Origin: Tubulanus polymorphus
Lineage: Eukaryota > Animalia > Nemertea
NCBI RefSeq assembly: GCF_964204645.1
Contig: NC_134027.1
Coordinates: forward strand, 15,532,485-15,596,484
Length of the DNA: 64,000 nt
Direction: 5' to 3'
Shown here: piece after piece, positions 40,401 to 53,391 of the stretch
How positions within the stretch are numbered: position 1 is the first letter of the stretch
Layout: each line of letters starts with the position of its first letter
Made by a program: the position numbers and the translations under genes
Notes under the pieces: generated by a model
What the model was told of the DNA's origin: nothing
The model's database searches: none
Seen by the model: only the letters and a program-made list of their open reading frames with translations

Positions 40401-42170
40401 GACAGCATACATAGCCCTAGTACGATCAAAGTTAGAATATGGCGCTACTGTCTGGGACCCGTACTACGTGAGTGACATTAGCAAGCTGGACACGGTTCAG
40501 AGGTGCGGAGCAAGATTCATCACGAACGACTCCCAGCCCCGTACACCTGGCTGTGTAACAAAAATGCTAAACAAGCTTCAGCTACCAAGCCTAGAAGAAA
40601 GCAGGAAGTTGTTGCGCCTAGCTTTCATGTTCAGGGTAGCGCGAGGGTTGGTCACAGCTATGCCCCCAGAAGATTTCCTTGTTACACCAAGACAAGGTAG
40701 AAGAGTAACCAGATCTTTTTGTTTCAAAGACTTTGACACACAGAATCCAGTCGACCGTTACTGTTGTAACAACAACGAGCCGTACAAAATTCCGAACTCT
40801 AAAACTGAACAATATTGCCAGTCTTTTTTCGTGAGAACCATTGTTGACTGGAATCAATTAGACAATTCTATTATCACCGCTGAAACAGCCGATCAGTTCA
40901 AATCGAGGATCGGCCTGCGTGTGCAGCAGTAATCCATTCTGCGCACTCACTTCCGTTGCCAAAGCGCCTACTGAGGACATCTGCAACTACACCTACTGAT
41001 ACTGATATCGATATTGAAATACAATTTTAGATCTTAAAATAAAACCCCGAACGAGGCCCTCTATCAAAATTCAGCTTCATAGAGGGTTGGAGAATGGATA
41101 ATGCTCTAATGAATGATTTGTATTTATATATGCTCAGTTGCACAGTCTAAGAGCATTTAGTCTGGAAACAATGTCATTTAAATTTGCTCCACTTGTATAG
41201 TAATAGGCTCAGCCTACAGCTGGCCTAAAAATTCAATTTGTTTTCCGTTTGCATTGCGCACGCGGCAATGTTATTGTTTACATCTGATGTCATGGATAAA
41301 ATGAGGCACGCAGCTGAGCCTGCCTGTCAGTCAACATTGGTTTACACTAGAAATGCGCTTACTTGAAAAACTATGAAGTGTATCAATCTTGAAATTTCGG
41401 CACAATTTCCGATGCTAAATACTTTACTTTTAAGGTTTATCAGGTGTAAATCGGATCAAAAATATTTCTAATATTTTGTTCATAATATTTGAAGTGGAAG
41501 CCAGTGTCAGCATCAACGTGTACATGCATGGCTGTACATACGGGAACTGGCGCTTACAACAGGCGCAGCATTGATGGTGTAATGATTCGTTTTAACCGCT
41601 TTATCGGCGTTCATTACACGGGATTTTAAAAAATGATATTATTCAGAGTATTTGAATATATTTATCATGATAATTATAATATTCTTAAGACAAGCGAATT
41701 ACGTATGTGGACCTATTCCGTTGAGGGGTATCACTCGAATCTGAAAAAATTATCTTCCGATCATGTCATGTGACTTCATGACTGCAACTTGACGATAGCT
41801 TAGGTTCTCATTCTTCGAACCAAACAAAAATAAAACCTGGAAGTAAAACGGTAGACGATACCGCAGGTTCACATGAACATCTGCTGATCTCTGTGGCTAA
41901 GCAAATCATAAAGGAGTCTTTGCTTTCTGATTGGCTTTTAAAAATAGATATTTTTTGCGTTCAGATTTTCGCGAAAAAGCTCACATAAATTTTAACGAGG
42001 ACCTCTTCACAAATTTAGCTTCATAGAGTTTCAAGAATGGATAATTTTTTAATGAATGATTCGTATGAATAATGTGCTCAGTTGCACAGTCAAAGAGCCT
42101 TTGCTCTGAAAACCACGTCATTTAAATTCGCTCCATATAGTGATAGGCTCAGCCTACGGCTGGCCTAAAA
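37494..42170 (-). mobile_element. Cluster of R2 copies: 37494-37720 (partial), 37731-38246 + 41007-41229 (split by LINE), 41829-42170 (partial)
   Basis: Direct similarity to 5017-5912. The junction GATTTCACAGAAAT|CGATATTGAAATAC is reconstituted across the LINE. Confidence 0.75.
38247..41006 (+). mobile_element. 5'-truncated, internally deleted LINE (RTEX-like), APE + RT
   Basis: APE motifs (NCRS, GSESW, GGGVFI, AGDFN, ISDH), KASGPDG, SGVPQGTVLGPLLFLCHINDL, RLFADD, YLG, LVRSKLEYGATVWDPY, SFFVRTIVDWNQL. Short (ACTGAT)n tail. Clade assignment is by motif recall only. Confidence 0.85.
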
Positions 42171-42951
42171 ATGTGTGTTGCATATACATAGCCAGCCAGT
42201 ATGTTGTACACACTAACAGTGATGTGGGTCACTGGGGACAGCCAGAACTATATACGCAGTGGAAAGCGCGTATCTCTTACTAGGTATTGAATTCGCAGAA
42301 ATAGCGTCACTTGGCAGAATAAAAGACTCTCAGATAATAAAAACATAAGTTTTGTGTATCTAAGTTTATGTGCCATCATATTTGCGAGAATCCTTCTCTA
42401 AGGTGCGGAGCTAGTTTACACATAGGCGGTGTTGGATCCTCGGATTCGATTTGAGTGTGGGGGGCGATGACAATCCACGAACATATGTAAATAACGCGTC
42501 TGTTTAGTAATTCAATAATTTATTTTCCTGGATTACAATAACGATAAACCACGAAAGACGGTTTCTGGAATACACAAGTACAAAGAAACATCTAACAGTT
42601 GTCCTAGAAGACAACGAACATAGACCAAGAACATAGTATTGACGATTAAGTCCCCGAATTGAAAAATATGCAATGATAACACAAGGGCTCTGTACTAAAT
42701 AATTATAGATGCTACGAACATGTTAAAGGGTAACTGACACTTTTTCAAGAATTTTCTACTTTTGGAATAAAATGATTCATTATAGTATACTATTGAGATT
42801 GACAATTTGAAAGATCGGAAAAAATTTCAATTTATAATGATATTTGATGATTTTGATTTTCGCGCGCCTCGTTTTGTTTACATCGTTCCGGAAAAACACG
42901 TGTACTGCGGGCTATTTATAGAACTACGTCATTAAAGGCAGCGACTCAATA

Positions 42952-43901
42952 ATGGCGTCTATAGAAATGAATAGAGAATCGGACAATGGGAGCGATTCAT
43001 CTGAATTTAATGCCACTTCGGCATCAAATTCAGATGAATCGCTTAGTGATTTTGAATGGCAGGAAACAAGTGACGAAGAGGAATTAATGATCGGGCCGTA
43101 TTTATACGAACCAGAGGCAGAACCGAAGCGAAACGGCGATGGACCCAGACCGGAGGCAGAGGGAGACGACGATGAAGGCCGAATAAACCGTTTGGAGCTG
43201 GATAATCTGAATCAGTGGTATGTTCATATAACAATTAACTTAAAAATATATATTTTAAGATTCATTAAGCCGTAGATTTAATTATAGGTTTTTGAGCTTT
43301 GTTGGCGAAGTTGAGAGAATCTTATCATGTTCGTTTCAAAAGCTCAGTGCGATTCAACGTCGTTGTGCTGGCACTGCTGGACTATTCTTGCACTGCATTG
43401 CATCAGCATAGGCTTACAACAAGTAGATACCTATATCCATACCTTAAAAATATTTTTATGGATAATCTTTTTAGGTGCCAATGTGGACACTGTCAGATCT
43501 TAGAGACGGAGCAAGAGTGTGTGTGCTGTATGGAGATTGATGTCGTGAAAAGAAGACTGGAATGGGTTTGGGAGGAGTCCGGACAAAATGAAGAGACCTG
43601 CATGACGGACACAGCAGCTTTCGCTTCGATCTGTTTGAACCCTTGGGTCCTGCAGCTGATGTGGACCGAATTTAAACGGCAGTACGGACGGAAAAGTTTT
43701 GAAGGGCCAGCAAATGCGAAATTAAGACATGTAGCATACAGATCATTTGTTCGGTGGTGTTGGGGATATTTGGGCAAGGAGAATAGGAGAATTTTGCCTG
43801 CTTGTATCGTTTCGTGCATCCGCGCACATTTCCCTGAGGACGGTTATGAGGAGGACCATGTATATAAAGGATTTCGTAATATGTCGTTTGATGGACCATA
43901 A
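42952..43901 (+). CDS. KolX accessory protein with P2X7 C-terminal ballast-like Cys-rich domain, 2 exons, 230 aa
   Basis: Exons 42952-43217 and 43475-43901 (gtatgt...tttag) join as ...NQW-CQCGHC. Acidic N-terminus, WCQCGHC...ECVCCMEID, F..ICLN, LRHVAYRSFVRWCWGYLGKENRRILPACIVSCIRAHFP...YKGF. Open to TAA. Confidence 0.9.
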
Positions 43902-44580
43902 TGAATTAAAATAGAAGAATTCAACTTAAAAATTCTAACGATGTTTATATATTCTTCTTAACTTGTGCTTTTCTTACAGATATTTTAATAAAACAATGAC
44001 ATCGCTTAGATATAAAATATAAATTTTATTGCATATTTATAATGTATAAAACGTTTTGCTTTCAATCCATTGAGTTCTAATTTAAACATCTGATCGCAAT
44101 TAATTGTTCAAGTAAGGAGCAGTTTTGTTATGCTTAAGCAGATCAATAATTTTATTTTCAGTTTCCTATCAATTTTCTACAGATCATTTATTGAGTGAAC
44201 TGGTGTCTACAACTTTCACTTAGACTTGTAGTTTCACCATTAATCTTCCCATGCAAATGTAGATATTTTGTCTTTATCACCTGAAAAAGACATGAAAAAT
44301 ATTTTAGGTTGAATTATAAAACGAATACAAGATATATCATGATTCCTGATGTTGAAATAAAACGTACTCGGTATCTTTGAACTGCCAAATTTCAAATATA
44401 TTTCTTCGTACATTATTTTTCGAATTAAATCATCACTTCGGGTCATCATTTTTTCCGCAGACCTAAAAAGAATGTATTTTTTAAGAAAATCAATATAATT
44501 GTCATGTTTTCATGTGCATGTATTACAATTTTAAATGAAATTATACCTTCAATACAAATGTCAAGAGACTTACCATTCAA

Positions 44581-47500
44581 TCATCTATTAGTTTTTTTGA
44601 ATCTTGTCCTGTGCATTGCGATGGCTTCCTCTTTGGTGATTTTTTCTTTGTTTGATGTGAGATTTGGTGGTACTGTGATTATTTTCCTCGGCCTATCTGC
44701 TTCTTCCACGTCCTCGAGTATCTTGTTCCAGCAAATGTCGACATATTCTGAAATAAAAAACACTGTTAGCCAACAATGTGTTTGGTAATGAATTATTTAC
44801 ATAAGTTTAGTTAATGACTTTAATATTCACCATAAGTGGCATCAGTGAGTAGTTTTCGTAATGTGTGGGTGTCCTTGTATTTTGGATAGACAATGCTATA
44901 TTTTTTTGTCCCATCAATCTTTGTGCCTTGTATTCTGTCACTATTCTCATTGAAATGTAGGGCAGCTATTTGTAACCTAAGAGAAGACATAAGACATTGA
45001 TATAAGTCTTAGCAGGGACATATGTATGAAAAAATAGAAATCACTCAATTGTTATATACTTTGCTTACCTGCTTGTCATTCCATTGTAAGAAAACTGAAT
45101 CATCTTCGGGGCAAAATGATTGAATAAACTGTGAAGACACTCCAGTTTACTGGTCTGGCCGTATGGTGACATCATCTTCACTTTATTTATAACCCGTGTA
45201 TTCGTCAGATATTTTTGCATAGAATCACCAACCAAAGATCCTGTAAATAGTACATCAAATGTTTCATCACATGAAATTAGATATAATTTCTGATTCAGTA
45301 GTTGCAATAGATAATATCTTACCTGGATAAAGCCATTTCTTTTCTGATGTTATGGGTTCATGGCTGCAGTCTTCATGATTGTCTTGGATGTGTTTGACTG
45401 CTGATGACCATTTTTTACTGATGCCTTCTTTATCCCCGGGTGATGATGATGCAGCGCACCAGTACAAATGACATTTTATTGACTTTATCCAATCCTTGAT
45501 TTCTTCACATTCCTTTTTCCTTGACATTATTTCTAGTTTCTTAGTTATACCTTGAAATGAAAAATTAGTATTTCGTCTCATTTTTGATTCCGTGAGTGAT
45601 ATGTAAATTCTACACAAAGAATTTTTGAACTTACTTTTAACAACGTGCCAGCAGTCATAATAGTGAGCTACATTCCAAACTTCCCTTGTCCATTTAGTAA
45701 TTTGAATGTGCATATCCGAAATAAATGCCATCACTTTCAGGTTTCCTATCTGTATTCGGCAACGCTTTAAGCCTTCCAATTCCATTGCATTTGAATTCTT
45801 TACCTCATTCGACTAAAAAAATCAATAACAAAGATAGACGTAAACCTTTCTCTGTTTTAAATTCAGGAAAAAGCAAGATTTTATGGTTCTGACATACCTG
45901 AACAAGTTGAAACGCGATCACTTTGTAAGTTATTAAATCCATCAGAGTGTAACTTCCAAATTTAGCAGAATGACCCATAGAATCGCAACGTCCATCACCA
46001 GCAAGCAATCGTGGCCCTGGTAATTTGTTGACAAGTGCCGATCTACTTGCTTCCCACACAGATGAAACAGCATCGTGAAGATAGTTTTTCTGGTACCGGA
46101 AATATGTCCTGGTACTCTGAGCCTTTATATTCATGAAACTGAAATTGGATTGACCATTACATTTATAACTTTAAAAAATTATGTTTGATTAGACTGAAAG
46201 TATTGTTTTTACTGCAACTTACTTGAACAGTCGAAAAACTTTTGTGGGCAAACTTCCTGTTAAAAGAACCATGGCACTTAATAAAACATCCAATATAGGA
46301 ATTCCTCGAGCAACTGTTGGTTGGCTGGACCATTCAGTAGTTTCACCACAATTCAAACAATTTGTTCTGACAGTCAACATTGTTCCTCTGTGCCTCTTCC
46401 AAACTTGGTTCTCTCTTCCACAGCGCCGGCAGTATTGTAACAGCTGCAGAATTGCTGACTGGAACACAATAATCTTGGTTTGGTCTTTATACGACTTATC
46501 CGATTCATCACTGCAATGATAAATGAAGTTTTATACAAAAGAAAGGAAAATATCATTCATGATTAAAATATTATACTTTACTAACCTCATTTCTTCAAAC
46601 ATAACTCTGCCTTCAGAATCATCCTCAGAGCCACTGTCCATCTCTGACTCTTCTGCCGAATCTGGATGATAGTCATCATCTTCACTGTCACTCCCTAAAT
46701 CTGATTCTTCTCCAATACAAATGGCTTTTGAGGTATTTGTAAGTTCTTCCGCAGGTCGCTTACATTGAATACCAATGTTTCGGGCTAAAACAGACCAATC
46801 ACAGTAGTAGGATTAAATAGATAGGGAGAATAGATGATATCATAAAAAACCCCATAATACAAGCCGTACCATAATACGATATAGACTGAATAAAGAATAC
46901 TCACTCAATGCATTTTCCTGGATTCCAACTGAACGCTGAGCCTTAAATGGCGTTCTGTAGATAATCTTAGGTTTGATGCGCTACACAATTTTGGTCTTCA
47001 CCTGTGCAGTTTCTTTCAGCGTTTGCATCCCTAGAAAAAATTATCATTAAATAACATGAAATTCAATGATTACAGTGATATATTCAAAACTGAATGACAA
47101 TGATACACCATACCATCATGAAAATCCTACCTCGAGATTTACAATCCGGTTCAGCCTGCACAGCAAATTCTCTTGTCGCCTCGAACTCTGATTTGATACC
47201 GGGTTCCGCATACACTTCCCCGCCGTCATCTTCACCAGGTTTTGCATAATCTTCAACCAAATTTGGTTGAAGATTATGCAAAACCTGGCTCTCAGTCTCA
47301 GCAATGACTCGCCGTCTCTCCCTCTTCTCAAACACTTTTCGTCCAGGCTTTCGTGGTGGCGAGAAGAAATCCTCTGGTTGAGATGTAGATTCAGGGGTTT
47401 CTATCACAGTGTGGATCGATGGCACGGCTCCTTGTTTCAGCAACAATCTATTTCAAGCAAAAGGCAACCGTTAATTCACAAGGCTCGTGAAATATTCATT

Positions 47501-48075
47501 TTGTTATTGTAGTTAGTGAGTGAAGTAAGGCACTCACAATGACAATAAAAGCCTATTGTACGATGGCCAATGCACTGTGGCCTATAGTAGTAGTTCAATG
47601 AAAAGATGTTTCTATTGTCACACGATGTAAGCTGACCTAGAAGGCATGGTTTTACAATCACGCTTAGCAAACAAAAGTTAAACGGCATTTTGACATAAAA
47701 AATTATGAATTGGATACCGCGCGTGGAAAAAATAAATTTTATTGATTTGAATTGGACTTGAAAATGCGACCCTTTTAACAGTGATTTTCAAGCCCATACA
47801 ATAATTATTCTCAAACCATGTCTCGAATAAATGTTAAGATGACTGAATGAAACTTACCTCTTTGCAAATTGTGCATCATACTGCATTTTATTAACGAAAT
47901 CATCGTTGGTAAAATGCCGGTAACACACGACGCTATTCGACGTTGGGCCGCTCCAATTCAATCGCTTTAAACCTACAAAAGAAGCCCATTTTTCTCGAAG
48001 AACAGGATTCTTCGGAAAAAGAAATATACCCCTATCCGAATAATCGCACCCAAAGCAAACACAACGATTTGGCAT
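44581..48075 (-). CDS. Kolobok THAP-domain DDE transposase, 11 exons, ~759 aa, one in-frame TAG in exon 3
   Basis: Exons 48075-47858, 47447-47131, 47030-46905, 46784-46586, 46510-46223, 46138-45898, 45812-45635, 45550-45323, 45240-45069, 44976-44831, 44747-44581; all GT-AG, phases consistent (2280 nt). THAP (MPNRCVCFGC...W...VCYRHF...AVPSI), CxxC-CxxC, GDGRCDSMGHSAK, YYDCWH, QTSKLECLHS, AALHFNEN. Stop at 46981-46983. Confidence 0.9.
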
Positions 48076-50042
48076 TTGAGAAAAAGCAGTGAAAACACGC
48101 CGAGTAGTAAAAACGCAACGTTATCTCATAGAAGAGAATTTTCAGTGCTCACTTTATTGACGTCACAGCGCCGGAGATCGACGGAAATTGCCAATGATTT
48201 CTAACGCGATGTATACAACGAAATGAGGTCAAAAATTGTCTTACAAAATCACGATTTTCGTGGAAACTACACATTTTTGAACAGAACTATTTCAAAGTCT
48301 TCCTTAGTTCGATAGAACTTATCGAATTTTGAAATAAAAAAAAAAAGTGTCAGTTACCCTTTAAATGCTACGTTTCTAAGTTTAACTAGCTACTAACATA
48401 TAAATTCAAGTGACAAAATACGGTAAAACTTACAACACATTTTGTTCCTAAGCATATCCACGATCCGACACATCCAATGAACAGTGCTCAAAGAGACATG
48501 TTAATCTGAGAGAAATGCTTTAATACAGCGATGAAGCTATGTGACCGCTGAGGCGCCAGCCACCAATAATAATATAACTAGAGGTCAACGGTACTGTGCT
48601 CTCGAGGCAAAGTTTTTTTTATAATATCAATGAAAACATATTACATTGATCATTCTTACTCTTTTTTTTTGCAGATTTGTTCGCTTCACAACTGCCCTGG
48701 ACACTACGGTGGAACTGAGCGCCTCAAGACAGTGGTAGGCAGGAACAAATACGTCAGATCGACAGACCAATGTATATCACTTTCAAAGTCTTTTTAGTAA
48801 TAATGTGACCGATAATAACTTAAATGAAAATCTATGATAAGTTAACTTCATTCAAAAAAACTTATTTCACTGTATAAAAAACGTGCGTATTCATAACGCG
48901 CGCATCAATATGAGCCTATGCCACTATGTCACTGTCGCTGCTACGCAATACGTCTGCAGTAAATGAATAAACACACGCCACACTGTCATACAACTCGGTG
49001 GTAATTTCGGTCTGACTGTAAAAATTAGGACTTTCAAGGACATTGTCTGCCAACCTTTCAAGGACATTGTGTGCCAACCTTTCGAAGTTTAAGACTCCCA
49101 CTAATATTCCCAGCAAAAAACAAGGAATTTAAGACTGATACGGTACCGACCCTTGGTACAAGGTGCCCGTTCACACCCGAGTGATGTAGTCATCCGCATA
49201 TTAATTCACCTTGTACCTTAAATCTCCAAATGAATTATCAATAAAAAATTATTCCAAGATCTTTTTAATATCAACTTCTATCACCATTCAACCTAATATA
49301 ATCTGAAATAATCGTTCCTCGAGAGCTAATAACGTTATAGAAATACTTGACTATCAAAGCACTGCTCCCCAAAACTAGCTTCTACAGGCCAAAAGTTTTT
49401 CCTCTTGCCTTCTTACGGTCCATCGACATCTAAGGGGCCAAATCTGTGGTTTGGCCACTAAATTTTGTCGCTGCCTTTGTGGGAACAGTTCATAGCTACA
49501 CACAGTCAAGGTATTTCAAAAGACGGTAAAATTAGCGCGATATTCAACAACAAGAGGCCCATGGGCCTTGAAGCATTGGTAGATTATACTGTGGTATTAA
49601 GTGGTTATAATGTTTTACATCCGCCGACAAATCTTCTATGACGATGTTGATTGGGAGGACCACAGACTTAAAGGTCTATATGTCTAGTACGATTTTATTC
49701 CTCAAAATGAATTTATTTTCTGCCGAACGATTTAGCCTAGGTTATTTGTACTGTTAAACCTCATTAATGCGATTCTGTTAAAAAGATGAAACTAGTTTAT
49801 TCTGATGTTTTCCATCATGTCCCAGCCAAGATATTTATATCAATCAAGATTTGGATACAAAAACCCATTTTTACGCATGAACTGTTAGGCCCCACTGACT
49901 AATGAAAACAAAAACAGAACGATTTTTCTGAATGCAATTGCAAGACCCTTTGATCTTAGAGTTCCAAGCTCTGATGCATGACGCATGCAAAACGTTGCAG
50001 AGAGCGATGCCGGCATTGGTGTCTCTGAGGCCGGCTGATGAT

Positions 50043-50266
50043 TGTTTGTTTGTCTTTTTGTTTGTTTGGCTTTACATACATCGTTTGGATCTTGGTTTCC
50101 CAAGACTATTCCTATTTGATTGTTCATTTAACCTCACGACGGTACGGCCTTTGATGTGTTGCCCGCACACTGTTCGCAACCAGCAGGACTCGAACCCACT
50201 TGTCACTCAGCATTGATAGTAGATTCAACAGCATCACGCCTTATCTCACTGAGCTACCGAGGCCGC
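50043..50266 (-). mobile_element. tRNA-derived SINE
   Basis: Minus strand has an A box (GGTAGCTCAGTGAG), a B box (GGTTCGAGTCC), a unique body and a (CAAA)n tail. Confidence 0.7.
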
Positions 50267-50280
50267 TCGATTCAATTCCA

Positions 50281-51536
50281 AACTAGGGGTCCAGGGACAC
50301 CATGCCCACTTGGGAAGTGGTTTCAAATGCTCAACAATATAACAATTTCAACATTCAACGCCACCTGGTGACCATTTACAAAAACCAATGACCTTGAAAC
50401 TCACCACAATCATAGAACATGTCAACAGCTACGATTTTGTAATTGATTGTGATAACAAAATATGCCTCGTTACCAATTTAATATGGAAATACTAAGTCAT
50501 TCTACTATTCAACGCCCCCTGGTGACCATCTTCAAAACCCAATGACCTCGAAACTCACCACAATCATAGAAAATGTCATGAACTACAACTTTGCAATTGA
50601 TCACGGTAACAAAATATGCCTAGGTACCAATATAATAAGGAAATACTAAGTTATTCTACTATTCAATGCCCCCTGGTGACCACATAGAAAAACTTATGTC
50701 CTTAAAACTCGCAACAATCATAGATGATGTCATGAGCTACAACTTACCAATTGATTGTGGTTACAAAATATGCAAAGGTACGAATATAATAAAGAAATGC
50801 TAAGATATTGTATTATTCAACGCCCCCTGGTGGCCATATACGAAATCCAATTACCTTGAAACTCACCACAATCATAGAACACGTTATGAGCTACAACTTT
50901 CTAATTGATTGTGGTATCAAAATAAGCTTAGGTATCAATATAATGTGGAAAAACTTTTTCCCACTTACGAAAGAGTACTGGTGACACCAAGATGGTCGCC
51001 AATTGCGTCATAATTGGCTGATGAAAAATACCTGTCTCAAGTTTAAACATCCCTTTCCAAAGAATACCCATCACAAATTGTAATGAGAAATGGCAAACCA
51101 GTAGGAAGCTACAGGACTCAGAATTCGGGCCAAAATTGACATTTTTGGGCACTTAAAAGGTCATAGGACGACCATCTTGAGTCCGATCGACCCAATTTTT
51201 GTTATGCTGATGAACCCTGGGGGGGGTTCAAATACATACAAAAGATCAAGGTAATTGAACAAGGCATCTTCAAAATTTCCCTCAAAGAGTTCAAAAATGT
51301 GTAAAAAGTGCTGATTTTGGCGAACAACAATGGCTGCCAGTCGGCCATCTTGATTCTAACAAGGCCAGTTTTTGGGATGAAGATGTGTCTAGAGTAGATA
51401 CATGCATAAACCAAATATCAAGACATTACCTTGAAGCGTCTTCAAAACTTCCCAATATAACTGGATTCCGTCTACGGATGGACGAAAAGTGAACGAAATA
51501 GCCCGTTAGGACTTAAGTCCCAAGTGGGCTAAAAAA
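50281..51536 (-). mobile_element. R1 HINE element with four tandem ~154-bp units
   Basis: Subterminal IR GCCCACTTGGGA / TCCCAAGTGGGC; units start near 50357, 50510, 50664 and 50818; short ACGG tract; terminal hairpin. Confidence 0.82.
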
Positions 51537-53391
51537 TTTGATATAAAATTTTTTTCAAAACCTCTTCATGACCCCTTCAAAGAGCAAATGCCATCAAAAA
51601 AGAATATTGTGTATAAGTCATTTTCAAATGGAATACATTCAGAAATATCAAATATGCTACTGGTTTGAATTTTAGTTTAGCCATTACTGAGAAATATGAC
51701 TTTTAATTCAGCAATTTCAGCCCGTGCTCACTGTTATTGTTTATGTAAGCAGGTGCTGGTTTCTGACTTTATCTCTGACAAACGCTCGCGGCTTCCAATC
51801 ATTTCACTAGACATTTCATGCGCTATTTCATCGTTTTGGGAGTGATTTGAATTAGGCCTAATAAATTCTTACCATAGTATACGGTTGCTATCCTTGTATA
51901 TGACATGGTTATGGTATGTAAGTGAGTAGAGCTGTAGGTCTATGAATACGGTGAACAAATGATGTTTATTTTATTGATTATACATAGACTACGCACACGT
52001 GCTCCTGTCGATTATAGATCATAGATAACATCAACAAGAGCCCCAAGGGGCACTATGGCCAGCCTGTCAGCTTTTCATAAAATGGCAAATGATGATGCAT
52101 TCTATGGGTTAAATTTGTCAAAATACACTCCCAGCTCAGAGTCAATACCTAACAATTTACTCAATACAATCGTAGAATACAAAAGTAGCACAGACAGCGA
52201 CTGGATCTGGCAGATACCTCAGATATATCTTTTCCCTTGGTCTTATTGATTTTAATGCAGAATAGAATTGAATTTTCTGAAATTTGCTCGATAAAACAAA
52301 ATTGAATTGGATTTGATGTTTTTGTTTGTTCAAAAAAGTACAATTGAATTGGATTTGATATTTTTTAGAGAATCAAATTTGATTGAATTTGTAGTTTGAG
52401 CACATGGCTAATTAGCGTATCAAGGTCATCTATCCAATTTAAGAAAAAGCTATTTTTCCCGGACTTTGCACAATGGTCAATGATATTTTCTGTAGTGCTA
52501 ATAAAAATATTCTTCCCAAAAACCAAATCAACTGAAGCTTTCACAGAAATCGATCTTGAAATACAATTTTAGATCTTAAAACCAGAAAGAAACTTTCCAT
52601 GATGGGTTTTGGTATTGACTTAGAACTTGAAAAGTGAATGGAAATAACTGTGTTGATACAGTGCATGTTTAATCCATACTATCAAGGTAAAACATCAGTA
52701 AGTATACTTACCATGGCCACCGGATACAGTCTGCTCTCGGCACAATCGTGATGCCATAGGCCAATGACCATGCAGTCCATGGGGTACGATTGACCAAGTG
52801 GAACAGGAAAACAATATTCACCAGCGGAAGAATGGCAGTTATGCAAGTTAAATTATGGGCATTTTGGACTTGACAATTTTGATCCCGTGAGGCAATGACA
52901 TAAAACATCTAAAACTTGAACAACTACTCGGGACAAACAAAATCAGAAGATGCTAAATAAGTTTTTCAAATTTCAGGGCAGTACATATTAAACCAGGACG
53001 GCCAGTTACTGTTGAAATCAAGTTCATCAACTGAGTGAATGTAGCTTCCTATAGTTTCCTTCATGATAGCTTTTAATAGTAAAATAATTTAGGTCCAAGC
53101 TTAAATCGTTTTTCAACAATTTAAATGTGGGCCTGTTGATGCATGTCTGTGTGCACGCAGTAAGACACTTATCTGCTCCGTGGGAAGCGTTATCTATTAC
53201 TACACGTAATTGATACATAAATGGTTAACGGTTAACGCATTATTGCTGACAAAGCAATCGACTCGCTTCGGGGCACTAAGTATTAGAAATATCCAAATCA
53301 TCAGTGTTGCAATCTAAATACAAGATAACCGGGCTCCAATGATTGCTAATGTAAGGGCATAAAAATGACGGGTTCAATTGATGACACTTAA

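Larger units (their letters stand above)
42727..48360 (-). mobile_element. Kolobok-superfamily DNA transposon, near full length (5634 bp), two convergent genes
   Basis: Perfect 19-bp TIRs AGGGTAACTGACACTTTTT / AAAAAGTGTCAGTTACCCT. TTAA on both sides (42723-42726, 48361-48364). Encloses a THAP-DDE transposase and a KolX gene. Confidence 0.93.

Noticed and set aside
43299-43901. A P2X7 purinoceptor gene
   Set aside because: Only the ballast-like domain is present, with no transmembrane or ectodomain exons. It lies inside Kolobok TIRs, and the first ~58 codons of the listed ORF are intron.
47854-48075. Stand-alone host THAP gene or P element
   Set aside because: It splices into the downstream DDE exons. 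TTAA TSD, DGRxDS motif and KolX partner indicate Kolobok rather than P (8-bp TSD).
50350-50930. CRISPR-like array
   Set aside because: The units are contiguous ~154-bp tandem repeats without unique spacers, inside a dispersed eukaryotic repeat. No cas genes.
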